Notes: generated by a model not told the origin, from the sequence alone. A stretch of 35,372 nucleotides of DNA from an uncultured Candidatus Obscuribacterales bacterium (GCA_964607945.1 CAZSNX010000002.1:1-35372); one strand, 5' to 3'; numbered from the stretch's first letter, positions 9,787 through 19,155 are shown. Numbers and translations are program-made.

Positions 9787-11077
9787 GTCGACCAGACGAT
9801 TATTGTGGGCTGCCTATGCCGCTTTGATGATCTGTTGGTCCTTAAACGCTTATGGTTTGATCTCAACCTGGGTAAGAGAAAACACCTTATTTGCGCGCAA
9901 ACTGGACGGCAAGCCATGTGTCTCCGATTTCGTTCTGTACTACGAAGCGGCACAACTCGGACTTTCCGCTCGCCACAGCAGAATAAACATTTACGATCCC
10001 AAGATCCAAACGGAAGCGGTGGCGAAATTGACTGCACCGGTGGTGCCAGAGATGCCGTTTTTTATGCAATACCCGCCGCTTTTCTTTGCGTTATGCATTC
10101 CCTTTGCCTTCTTTCCGCTGGTATGGTCTTGGTTGCTCTGGTCGATTGCCGGGCTTACCAGCTTGCTTTTGGCCATCCAGAGCATCGCTTCGAAATCTTT
10201 GAGAAGATTCGGGCTCGTAATTGCTATCTTCGGCTGCGTTGCCAGCTATCCGGTCTGGCTGACAGTCGAGCTGGGACAGACCAGCCTGTTTCTAGTTGCA
10301 AGTATGTCTTTGTTCCTCTTGCTGATGAAAGGCCGGCGCTACTTCGAAGCTGGCTTAGCCAGCTTCTTGCTAATGGTTAAGGTGCAGTACTTTCCTTTCC
10401 TTTTCGTGGCGGGGTTTGCAGTTGGACGCTTACGATTCGCAGCCGGAGCGCTTATTGCTCTGATCTGTGCTCTGGTGGTTTCAGTACTTGTGCTTGGTTG
10501 GGAAAATTGTCTGGAATGGCCGCGGGTAATCTTGCATGCGGAGACCACCGCTCAATTTGGCGGAGTCAGTCCCGAGCACCAGCAAAATGTGCGCGGCATC
10601 CTCACTTTGCTCCTGAGCCAAGACACAGGAGCCGGCCGAATCGTGGCTCTGGTGTCGTTTGTGCTGGCGGTCGTTGCGGTGGCCTATCTCTGGACTAAAC
10701 CATTTTCGGACTTGTGCGTCAGAACAGCCTGGGCATTTCAGTTGAGCGCTTCGATCACTATCCTTACGATGCTGGTCTTCAGCCTGCACACGCATATTCA
10801 AGACTTCGTGCTGTTGGTAATTCCGTTCATTTGGCTCTGGAAAGCAGCTGAGGATCAAAAATTGGTAAGTCTAAGACAGCGCCGGATTTTGAAGACTCTC
10901 ATTTTGGCTTATCCGGCATTGAGCTGGATCTTCTATTTATTGCGCTTCGTGCCTGCCTTTCCGCTCCAGCCTTTTGCAATGTTTGCACTGGCAATTCTTT
11001 TTCAATTGCTTTCAATCTCATTCTGGCAAAGTCCCAAGCCCGAAGCGCCCGAGCTCCTGGTTGCGTCACACGATTGA
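9773..11077 (+). CDS. polytopic membrane glycosyltransferase, DUF2029/GT87-like (GT-C fold)
   Basis: It has many TM segments. The loop after TM1, SDFVLYYEAAQLGLS...INIYDP, resembles the DUF2029 signature (Df..yy.aa...g..lYd). I prefer ATG 9773 over the TTG 9740 in the track. It overlaps the upstream gene. Confidence 0.55.
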   Translation: MAVSESTRRLLWAAYAALMICWSLNAYGLISTWVRENTLFARKLDGKPCVSDFVLYYEAAQLGLSARHSRINIYDPKIQTEAVAKLTAPVVPEMPFFMQYPPLFFALCIPFAFFPLVWSWLLWSIAGLTSLLLAIQSIASKSLRRFGLVIAIFGCVASYPVWLTVELGQTSLFLVASMSLFLLLMKGRRYFEAGLASFLLMVKVQYFPFLFVAGFAVGRLRFAAGALIALICALVVSVLVLGWENCLEWPRVILHAETTAQFGGVSPEHQQNVRGILTLLLSQDTGAGRIVALVSFVLAVVAVAYLWTKPFSDLCVRTAWAFQLSASITILTMLVFSLHTHIQDFVLLVIPFIWLWKAAEDQKLVSLRQRRILKTLILAYPALSWIFYLLRFVPAFPLQPFAMFALAILFQLLSISFWQSPKPEAPELLVASHD

Positions 11078-11108
11078 GTCTTAAGCCGCGCCAATTAAGC
11101 GTTTGAAT

Positions 11109-11133
11109 CTCTCGCAGTCTAATTGAGCGAGAG
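11109..11133. terminator. hairpin in the convergent gap between the GT87-like gene and lgt
   Basis: CTCTCGC-(11 nt)-GCGAGAG forms a 7-bp stem. Weak. Confidence 0.2.
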
Positions 11134-11168
11134 TTGAGAATTCCTGAATTTCAATTGCATTCAAGCAA

Positions 11169-11975
11169 TTAGATTTGAGCTTTATCCGGCGGCAAGCGGT
11201 ATTTCATAATCAGCGCCGCAGTCGCGCCAAGCGTGAATAAAAGGCAAATTGCGCTCACTAAGATTGGGGCAGGATAGCCAAATAGCAATATGCTGTCGAC
11301 TCTGAGCATCTCAATTAGAAGTCTGCCGGTTGAATAACACGCCAGGTAGACAAGAAAAGTAAGTCCGGGATAGCGGTGTAATTTGTCAGCCAGCAAGAAA
11401 TACAGGACTGAAAAAATAGTGAGATCCCAAAGCGATTCGTATAGAAAGGTCGGGTGGAAGAAATCGTAGTTAAGATAAGCTTCCGGACGATTCTCGGGTG
11501 GGATGTATAGTTTGATCGGAAATTCCGGTGGAACCGGGCGTCCGAAGGCTTCCGAGTTGAAAAAATTTCCCCAGCGACCGAGTGCTTGTCCCAGCGGCAA
11601 TACTATTCCGCCGATATCGAGAAAGGTCAGGATCGGCATCTTGTGCAGTTTTAGATAGATAATCGCCGCCAAAACTCCGCCAATTAATCCACCGTGAATC
11701 GAGCCGCCGCCCTTCCAGGTGGCCAGGATATCCTCGGGATGCGAAACAAACGAAGACCAGCTCAGAGCCACGAAATACAAGCGAGCTCCCAGCACTCCGC
11801 CAATGAAACTTACCAGCGCCGCATTGACGCATTTCTCGGAGTCGAGTCCCCAGCGCCTTGCTACGCGCGAAGCAAAGAAGGCGGCCAACAGAAAGCCTAG
11901 CGCGATCATCACCCCGTACCAGCGGACTGTCACCGGGCCAAATTGAAACAGGATCGCGCCGGGAGATGCAAACAT
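11169..11975 (-). CDS. lgt: prolipoprotein diacylglyceryl transferase
   Basis: 268 aa. VRWYGVMIALGFLLA, HGGLIGG and GRWGNFFNSEAFG are typical Lgt motifs. Confidence 0.9.
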   Translation of the reverse strand: MFASPGAILFQFGPVTVRWYGVMIALGFLLAAFFASRVARRWGLDSEKCVNAALVSFIGGVLGARLYFVALSWSSFVSHPEDILATWKGGGSIHGGLIGGVLAAIIYLKLHKMPILTFLDIGGIVLPLGQALGRWGNFFNSEAFGRPVPPEFPIKLYIPPENRPEAYLNYDFFHPTFLYESLWDLTIFSVLYFLLADKLHRYPGLTFLVYLACYSTGRLLIEMLRVDSILLFGYPAPILVSAICLLFTLGATAALIMKYRLPPDKAQI

Positions 11976-12089
11976 AATCAGTCGAAATCAGAGCCTTCCG
12001 GGAATGACAAAATTCCCGCTTCGTTGCCGGGCATCAAAGAAGTATAACGGAGGACTGGACTACCATTGGACAGCCAAGCACTTAGTTTA

Positions 12090-12115
12090 GCGACCAATCG
12101 CCGGCCGGCGGTCGC
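12090..12115 (-). terminator. GC-rich hairpin between the small secreted ORF and lgt
   Basis: GCGAC-caat-CGCCGGCCGGCG-GTCGC, with a perfectly palindromic inner 12-mer. There is no U-tract. Confidence 0.2.
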
Positions 12116-12169
12116 TCCGCGATCTTGATAATAGTTTCAGGTTAAGCAACGCTACGCTTGTCCGCGTCG

Positions 12170-12454
12170 CTAGGGAGTCGGTTGGGTAGGCTTGTTCTGC
12201 GCTTTTCTGTCTTCTTCGTCCCGATTGGCGGGAAGATTCGGGTCGTGATACTCGTCATGAGGATCGCCGCCACGGGGATTAGGACCACGCGGATTGCTGC
12301 CGTAGGGGCCTGGCGCGTAGGGATCATAAGGTAGATCGGCTATCAAGACGGCGTCATTCGTCGACGCCGGAGCCTCAGAGGATACAGTCTGATTCTTTAG
12401 AACCGGTGTTGAAAAGACTGCCGATGCGACAATCAACGGAACAATGACGTTCAC
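12170..12454 (-). CDS. small secreted hypothetical protein (Pro/Asn/Asp-rich)
   Basis: GTG start is preceded by AGGGAGGA at 7 nt. The N-terminus MNVIVPLIVASAVFS is hydrophobic. Short NPRG repeats are present. No family recognised. Confidence 0.45.
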   Translation of the reverse strand: MNVIVPLIVASAVFSTPVLKNQTVSSEAPASTNDAVLIADLPYDPYAPGPYGSNPRGPNPRGGDPHDEYHDPNLPANRDEEDRKAQNKPTQPTP

Positions 12455-12554
12455 AAGTTGGTCCTCCCTACTGCCTCTACCAGGCGCTTACGTTAGAACT
12501 CAGATCGACTCGTAGTCAAGTTAAAATAGGAAAGCTTTTTCGAGGGGAAATGTC

Positions 12555-14006
12555 ATGGCTCGCAGTAAGTCGCGCTGGATTTGTCAGGAATGTGGTTTCC
12601 AGACCTCCCGATCGCTAGGGCGCTGTACTGAATGTAACAGCTGGAATTCACTGGTAGAAGAGCTCATACAGGACGAGCCCAGTTCTGCCCGCGCGCGCGG
12701 GCAGTTCAAGGCGAGTGCCGGCAGCAGCGGTCCACAGCCTCTCAATGCTGTCCCGATCACACATGAGCGCCGAATCGCCACCGGTCTTTGCGGTGTTGAT
12801 GATGTTCTGGGCGGAGGTTTGGTGCCAGGCTCAGTCGTTCTGCTGGCAGGAGATCCCGGTATCGGTAAGTCGACATTGCTGCTTCAACTATGCGAAATGA
12901 TGTCGCAAGCCGGTCCGGTCATGTACGTTACCGGCGAGGAATCCGCCCAGCAAGTCAGTTTAAGGGCCAAGCGGTTGGGTATAACCAGCAGTCGGATTCT
13001 GGTTGACTCCGAGCAGAATGTGCGCTCGATTGATGGACGAATCGCCGAAAGCGGAGCGCATGTTGTGATAGTAGACAGTATTCAGTCTGTGTACCATCCG
13101 GAGCTGTCGTCTGTTCCTGGCTCTGTTAGTCAGGTCAGAGAGAGTGCTGGCATTCTAGCGACAACCGCCAAGGCCAGTAATGTCGCCACCATTCTTGTCG
13201 GTCATGTCACCAAGGATGGTTCAATTGCCGGTCCGAGGGTGCTGGAACATATGGTTGACGTGGTGTTGCAATTCGAAGGAGAGCGGTCGCGCCAGTTGAG
13301 GGTATTGCGCGCGGTCAAGAATCGATACGGCTCGACGCAGGAGGTCGGTGTTTTCACAATGACCGAAAGTGGTTTGGCCGAAGTAGATAATCCAAGTGTT
13401 TTGTTCCTGGGAGATCGCTTGGGTAAGCTCGCCTACGAAAAGGCTCCCTCGGGCACAGCTGTAATAGCCGGCGGCGACAGCACAAAGGCTCTGTTGCTGG
13501 AGGTGCAGGCGCTGGTCGGGCCGACGCCTTTTCCGGGACCACGCCGGGTAGCCAACGGTTGGGATTCGAATCGGCTGCTGCAAATTCTGGCTGTGCTTGA
13601 ACGGCGAGTCGGTCTTACGCTCTCCAGATTTGATGTTTACGTCAATATCGTCGGTGGATTCGATTTCAGCGATCCGGCCGGAGATATGGGGGTAGCAGTC
13701 GCCGTGGCGACTTCATTCCTGGATAGATCGGTAGATCCTCGCTTGATCTGCATCGGCGAAATCGGACTGACCGGTGAAGTTCGCTCGGTCGGAGGATTGG
13801 AACGGCAAGTCAAAGAGGCCGCTCGTCTTGGCTTCAAGCGGGCGCTAGTGCCGAAGAGCAATTTACCGCTTTCCGCCAAAGTCGATCAAATCGAGGTAAT
13901 CGGCATAGAATACCTGGTGGAGGCCCTCGAAGCGGTCATGCCCGGTGAAAGTTTCTCATCGGGAGCGGCAAAAGAGGGAAGAGTGTCTACCACCGTTAGC
14001 ACGTGA
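12555..14006 (+). CDS. radA: DNA repair protein RadA
   Basis: N-terminal zinc finger CQECGFQTSRSLGRCTECNSW, Walker A GDPGIGKST, KNRYGST motif and a Lon-like C-terminal domain. Confidence 0.92.
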   Translation: MARSKSRWICQECGFQTSRSLGRCTECNSWNSLVEELIQDEPSSARARGQFKASAGSSGPQPLNAVPITHERRIATGLCGVDDVLGGGLVPGSVVLLAGDPGIGKSTLLLQLCEMMSQAGPVMYVTGEESAQQVSLRAKRLGITSSRILVDSEQNVRSIDGRIAESGAHVVIVDSIQSVYHPELSSVPGSVSQVRESAGILATTAKASNVATILVGHVTKDGSIAGPRVLEHMVDVVLQFEGERSRQLRVLRAVKNRYGSTQEVGVFTMTESGLAEVDNPSVLFLGDRLGKLAYEKAPSGTAVIAGGDSTKALLLEVQALVGPTPFPGPRRVANGWDSNRLLQILAVLERRVGLTLSRFDVYVNIVGGFDFSDPAGDMGVAVAVATSFLDRSVDPRLICIGEIGLTGEVRSVGGLERQVKEAARLGFKRALVPKSNLPLSAKVDQIEVIGIEYLVEALEAVMPGESFSSGAAKEGRVSTTVST

Positions 14007-15871
14007 AAGCCTATCAACCTTCCGAGGACTTGCAAAGATTGCTCGCATCGCTACCCGATGCGCCGGGCGTCTACTTCTTCAAAGATGCTTCCGGGGAGAC
14101 TATTTATATAGGCAAGGCGCTTTCCTTAAAGTCCAGAGTAAGGTCATACTGGAATACCAACTCCTGGCGAGAGAGACCGAAGCTGGCGGTAATGATACCG
14201 CGGGTGGAGAGTCTGGACACTATCATTACAAACTCGGAAAAAGAAGCGCTGCTTCTTGAAGCTACGCTTGTGCGCAAGCATATGCCTCGCTATAACGTTG
14301 CACTCAAAGACGATAAGCGCTATCCCTGGCTTGCCATCACCTATGGTGAGAGTTTTCCGCGTTTGATTATGGTGCGAGATCCGGTGAAGTTCCGGAAGGA
14401 GAGCAGCAAAGCGAAGGTGTTCGGGCCTTATGTCGAAGCCGGAGTGATGTGGCAGACAGTGCGGGCATTGCGCAAAGTGTTTCCGATGAGACAAAGGCGC
14501 ACGCCGCTTTTTAAAGATAGACCGTGCATGAACTTTCACATCGGCTTGTGTCTCGGTCCTTGCCAGAAGCTTGTGGCGGAAAGCTATTACGACAAGATGG
14601 TGCATCAGGTGGAGCTGTTTCTCTCCGGCCATCAAAACGAAGTGATTCGCGAGTTAAAGAAGGATATGGAGGACGCTTCGGAGCGAATGGATTTCGAACT
14701 GGCGGCTAAGATTCGCGATCGCCTTTTTTCCCTCGAGCGTATCATCGAGCGGCAGCAGGTTTTTTTCGAAGATCAGTCCATCAATTACGATGTCGTGGCA
14801 GAGGCGCATACAGACAGAGTCTTCTGTATATGCCTGTTGCGTATTCGAGAGGGCAAGCTGGTTTCGTCCGAAGCATTCCATTTTACGCTTGTTGAAAAAA
14901 CCGGGTATCAGGAGGCGTTTCAATCGTTTGCCGATCAGTACTACACGGGTTGCGAGTCGATAAACATTCCATCAGAAGTAGTGATTCAGCATAATCTGGA
15001 GGACATGGATGTTTTGTGCGATCTCTTGTCAGGGCGTGCCGGCCGGCAAGTGAAAGTATTGGTGCCGCAGCGTGGCAAGAAAGTAAGCCTCTTGGAAATG
15101 GCTCAAAAAAATGCTGCGCAAGCCCTGGAAAAACAGCTGGTGGATGACTCCCTGGCAGATCAAAAGGCGCTTGCCATCCTGGTCAGGCTTCAGGAGGAAC
15201 TCAAGTTGAGCAAGCCGCCAAGGCGGATTGAGTGCTTCGACATTTCAAACATTCAAGGCACGGACAACGTATCGAGCATGGTCGTATTTGAAAATGCTCA
15301 ACCGAAGCGGTCCGATTATCGTCACTTTAAAATTAAGAGCGTCGAGGGACAAGCAAACGACTTCGCTTCAATGGAGGAAACCGTCCATCGGCGATACCGA
15401 AGAGTGCTGGACGAAGACAAGACGATGCCTGATCTCATTATTATCGATGGCGGCAAGGGACAATTGAATGCTGCCGTGTCAGCACTTTCTGCCCTGGCGA
15501 TTGAAGATCAAGACATTATTGGCTTGGCTAAGAAGCAGGAAGAGGTCTATCTTCCAGGCAAGAGTGAGCCGATTCTGTTGCCACGCCGAAGTGAGTCCTT
15601 GTTTCTTTTGCAAAGGGTGCGCGATGAAGCTCACCGGTTTGCTGTTACTTTCCACCGGAAGCTAAGAGCCAAGCGCTCTATCCAGTCGGAGCTTGATAAG
15701 CTGCCAGGAGTCGGTGCGGCTCGCAGAAAGATTCTGCTTGACCATTTTGGCTCGCTCGACAGGATTAAGACGGCGACGCTCGACGAACTTAAATCTGTTT
15801 CCGGAATTCCGGCAACATTGGCGCAATCAATATATAATGCACTTTCCGGAGAAGGTAAAAGCGATTCCTGA
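14003..15871 (+). CDS. uvrC: excinuclease ABC subunit C
   Basis: GIY-YIG N-terminus GVYFFKDASGETIYIGKALSLKSRVRSY, a UvrBC domain, an endonuclease region and a C-terminal (HhH)2. The GTG start overlaps the radA stop (GTGA). Confidence 0.92.
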   Translation: MKAYQPSEDLQRLLASLPDAPGVYFFKDASGETIYIGKALSLKSRVRSYWNTNSWRERPKLAVMIPRVESLDTIITNSEKEALLLEATLVRKHMPRYNVALKDDKRYPWLAITYGESFPRLIMVRDPVKFRKESSKAKVFGPYVEAGVMWQTVRALRKVFPMRQRRTPLFKDRPCMNFHIGLCLGPCQKLVAESYYDKMVHQVELFLSGHQNEVIRELKKDMEDASERMDFELAAKIRDRLFSLERIIERQQVFFEDQSINYDVVAEAHTDRVFCICLLRIREGKLVSSEAFHFTLVEKTGYQEAFQSFADQYYTGCESINIPSEVVIQHNLEDMDVLCDLLSGRAGRQVKVLVPQRGKKVSLLEMAQKNAAQALEKQLVDDSLADQKALAILVRLQEELKLSKPPRRIECFDISNIQGTDNVSSMVVFENAQPKRSDYRHFKIKSVEGQANDFASMEETVHRRYRRVLDEDKTMPDLIIIDGGKGQLNAAVSALSALAIEDQDIIGLAKKQEEVYLPGKSEPILLPRRSESLFLLQRVRDEAHRFAVTFHRKLRAKRSIQSELDKLPGVGAARRKILLDHFGSLDRIKTATLDELKSVSGIPATLAQSIYNALSGEGKSDS

Positions 15872-15878
15872 GGCTTCT

Positions 15879-15986
15879 ATGCTCGAGTTCTTTCGGCGTC
15901 ATTACAAGGTAATCATCTGGATAATGATCGCCAGTTTCCTGGTAACTCTTATACCGTCGGTAATTTTTGTCATTCCTGGACAGTAA
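15879..15986 (+). CDS. possible 35-aa single-TM micro-protein
   Basis: ATG 15879 is preceded by GAGG at 5 nt. Product MLEFFRRHYKVIIWIMIASFLVTLIPSVIFVIPGQ has a basic N-terminus and one TM helix. It overlaps the start of the next gene. Weak support. Confidence 0.25.
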   Translation: MLEFFRRHYKVIIWIMIASFLVTLIPSVIFVIPGQ

Positions 15987-18645
15987 TGTGACCGCCGCAG
16001 ATCAGGAAAGCAACACTGATGTCAGGCAGGCGCTCAATTTCTCATTAGCGTTTTTGCTTTATTTATTGCTGGCGCTGGCAGTTGATTCGCCGTTCTTGTT
16101 TTTCGGCCAGAGTCTCTATCAAGCTGACATCACCTATAACATCGAGCCGGCCGCTCGATACATGCGCGAGGTCTGGCTGCAAACCGGGCGGGTGCCGCTC
16201 TGGAATCCCAGCGTCTTATGTGGTGCGCCGCAGTGGCAGTTGATCTGGCCGCTGTTCTATCTGCCGGGATGCGTATTTCTGGCGGCACCGTTTCCGCTTG
16301 CAACCGGGCTGTTCTTGCTGATTCATCAGCTAGCAGCCGGGTTCGCCGGTTTTGTCTGGCAGTACCGAAATCAGGAGATTGGCTGGGAGCAGCTAGCCTG
16401 GTTTCCGCCGCTTCTGTTTGGAGCAGTTTTTATGCTGTCAGGCTACATGGCCGGCAGCACCATCAATCTCAGTTTGTTTGCTTGTGCTGCCTGGATTCCT
16501 GCGGTGCTTTTAGTCATCGATCGACTGACACTTAGACCTCGCCCGTGGTGCATTGCGGTGCTCGGATTCTTGATCGGGTTGCAGATAACCGCCGGACGTC
16601 CGGAGATTTTTGGCTGTTCGCTGCTCTTGTATCTGCTCTATTGCTGGTTGAGAATTAGCCAGCAGAAACCAGGTCTTGCAAAATCAATCTTGATACTAAG
16701 CTCGATTTTAGGAGCAACGTTGCTGGGAATTCTCTTGTCGGCGGTAGATCTTCTTCCGATGGCGCAACTTGCCGGTCAAGCGCCTCCGGCCGGACAGCTG
16801 TTCACGCTTGCAATGAATTACTGGAGCGCCGGCTGGTTCGACTTCCTAGCTCTGGTGTTGAGCCAACCGTTCGGACCGATCAATATGGTGTCTTATCACT
16901 TCTATCCGACCTATCCCGGAAGCAGTCAATATCTGACCAGTATGTATCTGGGCCCGCCGGTGTTGACGGCGGCCGTTTGCGGGTTCGCTGACAGACGTTG
17001 GAGTCAACGGTGGTTCTGGTTGGCAATCCTGGTTCTGTTCGCTCTCTTGAGCGCTGGTGAATTCGGTCCGTTTTTAGGACTTGTTCATCAATTGATTCCT
17101 GAACAGATGCTCTTTCGCTTTCCGATCAAGCTGAGCGTTTTTGTTGTACTTCCCATCGCTGTTGCGGCGGCTGCCGGTGCCAGAGCTTTGCTGGACGGCA
17201 GCATAAATCGCCAAGCGCTATTTGTCGTAGGAACTCTCTGGTTCCTCTTTGTGATTGTCGCAATGTTACCGTTGCTGCATAACGACAATACTTTTCTAGG
17301 GTTGCTCGAGGCAAGCCCATTTGAACTTGCTGCGATTGGTCCGTGGCACCTGACCAGAGCGGGCCGCTTGACCGCGGAGTTATCAATTGCTGGCCTGGCA
17401 GGAATTCTTGCTTGTCTGACTTTCTTCCCTTTTTTCAGGCGTCGGTTTCGCAGGCAAGTCGCTGTGGCTGTCTTGGCAGTACTGTCGGTCGGGTTGCTAA
17501 TTGGCAATGCGGTCAATCATCTCTGGAACACGGTGGATGGTTCATTTTTTGAAGTCAAATCGGCGCTTGCCGAGCGACTGCAAAAGGATGCCGGTGCGAT
17601 TCATGGAGGATTTCGCGTCATGTCGTTGATCGGCGAATCCGATCTGGTGCCGCCGGTGGTGCATGAGTTGTCCGACTCCAAAGTCGATCCGGCCTACATG
17701 CAGTATGCTCGAATTGTGCTTATGCCCAACTGTGGTATCGACAGTGGTATTGCGCTGAGCAATGGAGTATCCACGGTACCCTCATGGCAGAGTTATTTCC
17801 TGTCTACCGGCATCTTGCCGAGAGCATCTGTCGGCAGCGGTCCGGCTCATCCGTCCGGCAAGTCCGATCTGCCGATTTATCGATACTGCCAGGCGACCAG
17901 CACTCTTTATCTTTTGACTGCTTCAAGCCGGTCAGTATCGCCGGAGCAGTCCGGAAAGAAGACTGCCGAGCCGCTTGCCTATCTGGATGGCTCCTTATTC
18001 AAGCTGCTTGAAGAGAATCCAGGGCTCAACTTGAGAGTCTATCGCGTAAGCCAGCCTCGACCGCGTATCTCATTTGCTGGCAAGATCAAGGTAGTCGCTA
18101 GCATGCAAGAGGCCCTGCTCGAGATCAACCGTTGTGATAAGACCGGATATAGCCCATTGAATGAAACTCTGATTGTATCTACTGCGCAAGTAACATCTGC
18201 GGGAGAGTCAGGTACCGACTTGCAACGATTCGCCACCACCGTGGAGGCGGTTGCCAATACAGCTCGAATAGGCATAGTCAGCCCTGGGAGCGCGGGGTTG
18301 CCGGTGCAGCCGGGTATTAGACCGGTCGAAACTGGGTCAGGAAAGTTAGAGCTGACTTCGGATAAAGCCGACAGTATAAGTCTATTGGCAGAGACCGGTC
18401 AGCGGGCGTTTGTCGTCTTGACCGACAGCTACAATCCTGGCTGGAAAGCTTATGACAACGGCAAGCCGACTGAAGTTTACCAGGCCGACGGATTGCTAAT
18501 GGCTGTACGAATCGAGCCAGGTAGGCATGAAATATCTTTACGGTTCGAACCGGATTCGGTCGTTTGGGGCAGCATGCTGAGCCAGGCAGGCTTGCTTTTG
18601 ACCGGTGTTCTCTTTCTAACGGGTGTGTTGCGCAATCTGCGATGA
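15967..18645 (+). CDS. large polytopic membrane protein, YfhO-like / GT-C-type putative glycosyltransferase
   Basis: 892 aa. It has more than 10 TM segments in the first ~530 aa, a large soluble domain, then a terminal TM (GLLLTGVLFLTGVL). This architecture is typical of the YfhO family. The start is uncertain (TTG 15967 or GTG 15988). Confidence 0.6.
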   Translation: MSFLDSNVTAADQESNTDVRQALNFSLAFLLYLLLALAVDSPFLFFGQSLYQADITYNIEPAARYMREVWLQTGRVPLWNPSVLCGAPQWQLIWPLFYLPGCVFLAAPFPLATGLFLLIHQLAAGFAGFVWQYRNQEIGWEQLAWFPPLLFGAVFMLSGYMAGSTINLSLFACAAWIPAVLLVIDRLTLRPRPWCIAVLGFLIGLQITAGRPEIFGCSLLLYLLYCWLRISQQKPGLAKSILILSSILGATLLGILLSAVDLLPMAQLAGQAPPAGQLFTLAMNYWSAGWFDFLALVLSQPFGPINMVSYHFYPTYPGSSQYLTSMYLGPPVLTAAVCGFADRRWSQRWFWLAILVLFALLSAGEFGPFLGLVHQLIPEQMLFRFPIKLSVFVVLPIAVAAAAGARALLDGSINRQALFVVGTLWFLFVIVAMLPLLHNDNTFLGLLEASPFELAAIGPWHLTRAGRLTAELSIAGLAGILACLTFFPFFRRRFRRQVAVAVLAVLSVGLLIGNAVNHLWNTVDGSFFEVKSALAERLQKDAGAIHGGFRVMSLIGESDLVPPVVHELSDSKVDPAYMQYARIVLMPNCGIDSGIALSNGVSTVPSWQSYFLSTGILPRASVGSGPAHPSGKSDLPIYRYCQATSTLYLLTASSRSVSPEQSGKKTAEPLAYLDGSLFKLLEENPGLNLRVYRVSQPRPRISFAGKIKVVASMQEALLEINRCDKTGYSPLNETLIVSTAQVTSAGESGTDLQRFATTVEAVANTARIGIVSPGSAGLPVQPGIRPVETGSGKLELTSDKADSISLLAETGQRAFVVLTDSYNPGWKAYDNGKPTEVYQADGLLMAVRIEPGRHEISLRFEPDSVVWGSMLSQAGLLLTGVLFLTGVLRNLR

Positions 18646-18650
18646 ACCTA

Positions 18651-18674
18651 TTTATTGCCCATTTTATTGCCCAT
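18651..18674. repeat. perfect tandem duplication of the 12-mer TTTATTGCCCAT
   Basis: Read directly: 18651-18662 is identical to 18663-18674. It starts 6 nt after the stop of the YfhO-like gene. Confidence 0.8.
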
Positions 18675-18696
18675 CGGCAAAAAATAAGACTACAAT
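18667..18696 (+). promoter_or_regulatory. candidate sigma70-type promoter for the 18796-rarA unit
   Basis: TTGCCC (18667-18672), an 18-nt spacer, then TACAAT (18691-18696). The -35 lies inside the second 12-mer repeat. Confidence 0.25.
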
Positions 18697-18795
18697 GTAT
18701 AGAGTTCGGAACCATCTGAATTCTATAAAGAGAGAGAGATAGATGAGTTTCGCTCCTGACCCTTAGGGATTTCAGGATTTGATGACGCGAGCCAG

Positions 18796-19155
18796 ATGAG
18801 TGAGCCAGATATGAGCGACAGACCGATTCCACGCGAAGAAGCGATTAAGCTTGAGGCGCAGAATTATCGCGAGCGTTTCAAACATCGGATGCTCGAGATT
18901 CAAAACCGCAAAGATAAGGCGCATGAGGTCTTACAACAGCGGGAAGAAGAGCGTCTTCGACAAGCTCAGTCATATCTCCTCGATTTAAATGGTAGAGCGA
19001 GTTTTCGCGACAGTGTCAGGACGAGAGCGCAGCAAGAGAAGGACGCTCAAGCTGAGTTGTTGAAGAAGCAAGGCGAGCTCTATCGCCAAAAGCTCCGACG
19101 CTATCTGCGCCCGGAAGATTTAGATGGGCTCGAAGGCGAGCCTGATCCAGTCTAA
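18796..19155 (+). CDS. hypothetical highly charged (Arg/Glu/Gln-rich) helical protein
   Basis: 119-aa ORF ending 5 nt upstream of rarA. Coiled-coil-like composition. No family recognised. Confidence 0.5.
   Translation: MSEPDMSDRPIPREEAIKLEAQNYRERFKHRMLEIQNRKDKAHEVLQQREEERLRQAQSYLLDLNGRASFRDSVRTRAQQEKDAQAELLKKQGELYRQKLRRYLRPEDLDGLEGEPDPV

Noticed and set aside
9805-10380. 191-aa plus-strand ORF in an alternative frame of the GT87-like gene
   Set aside because: It sits in the same region as a coherent multi-TM frame. Its product is Arg/Cys-rich and not membrane-like.
14144-14635. 163-aa minus-strand ORF
   Set aside because: It is antisense to uvrC, whose identity is unambiguous.
18535-18560. 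GGTTCGAACC strings resembling a tRNA T-arm (also near 22015)
   Set aside because: They lie inside well-supported coding frames and have no surrounding cloverleaf elements. I found no tRNA, rRNA or CRISPR array anywhere in the window.
18317-18832. 171-aa minus-strand ORF spanning the end of the YfhO-like gene and the intergenic gap
   Set aside because: It is mostly antisense to a supported CDS. It is Arg/Cys/Ser-rich and has no RBS.
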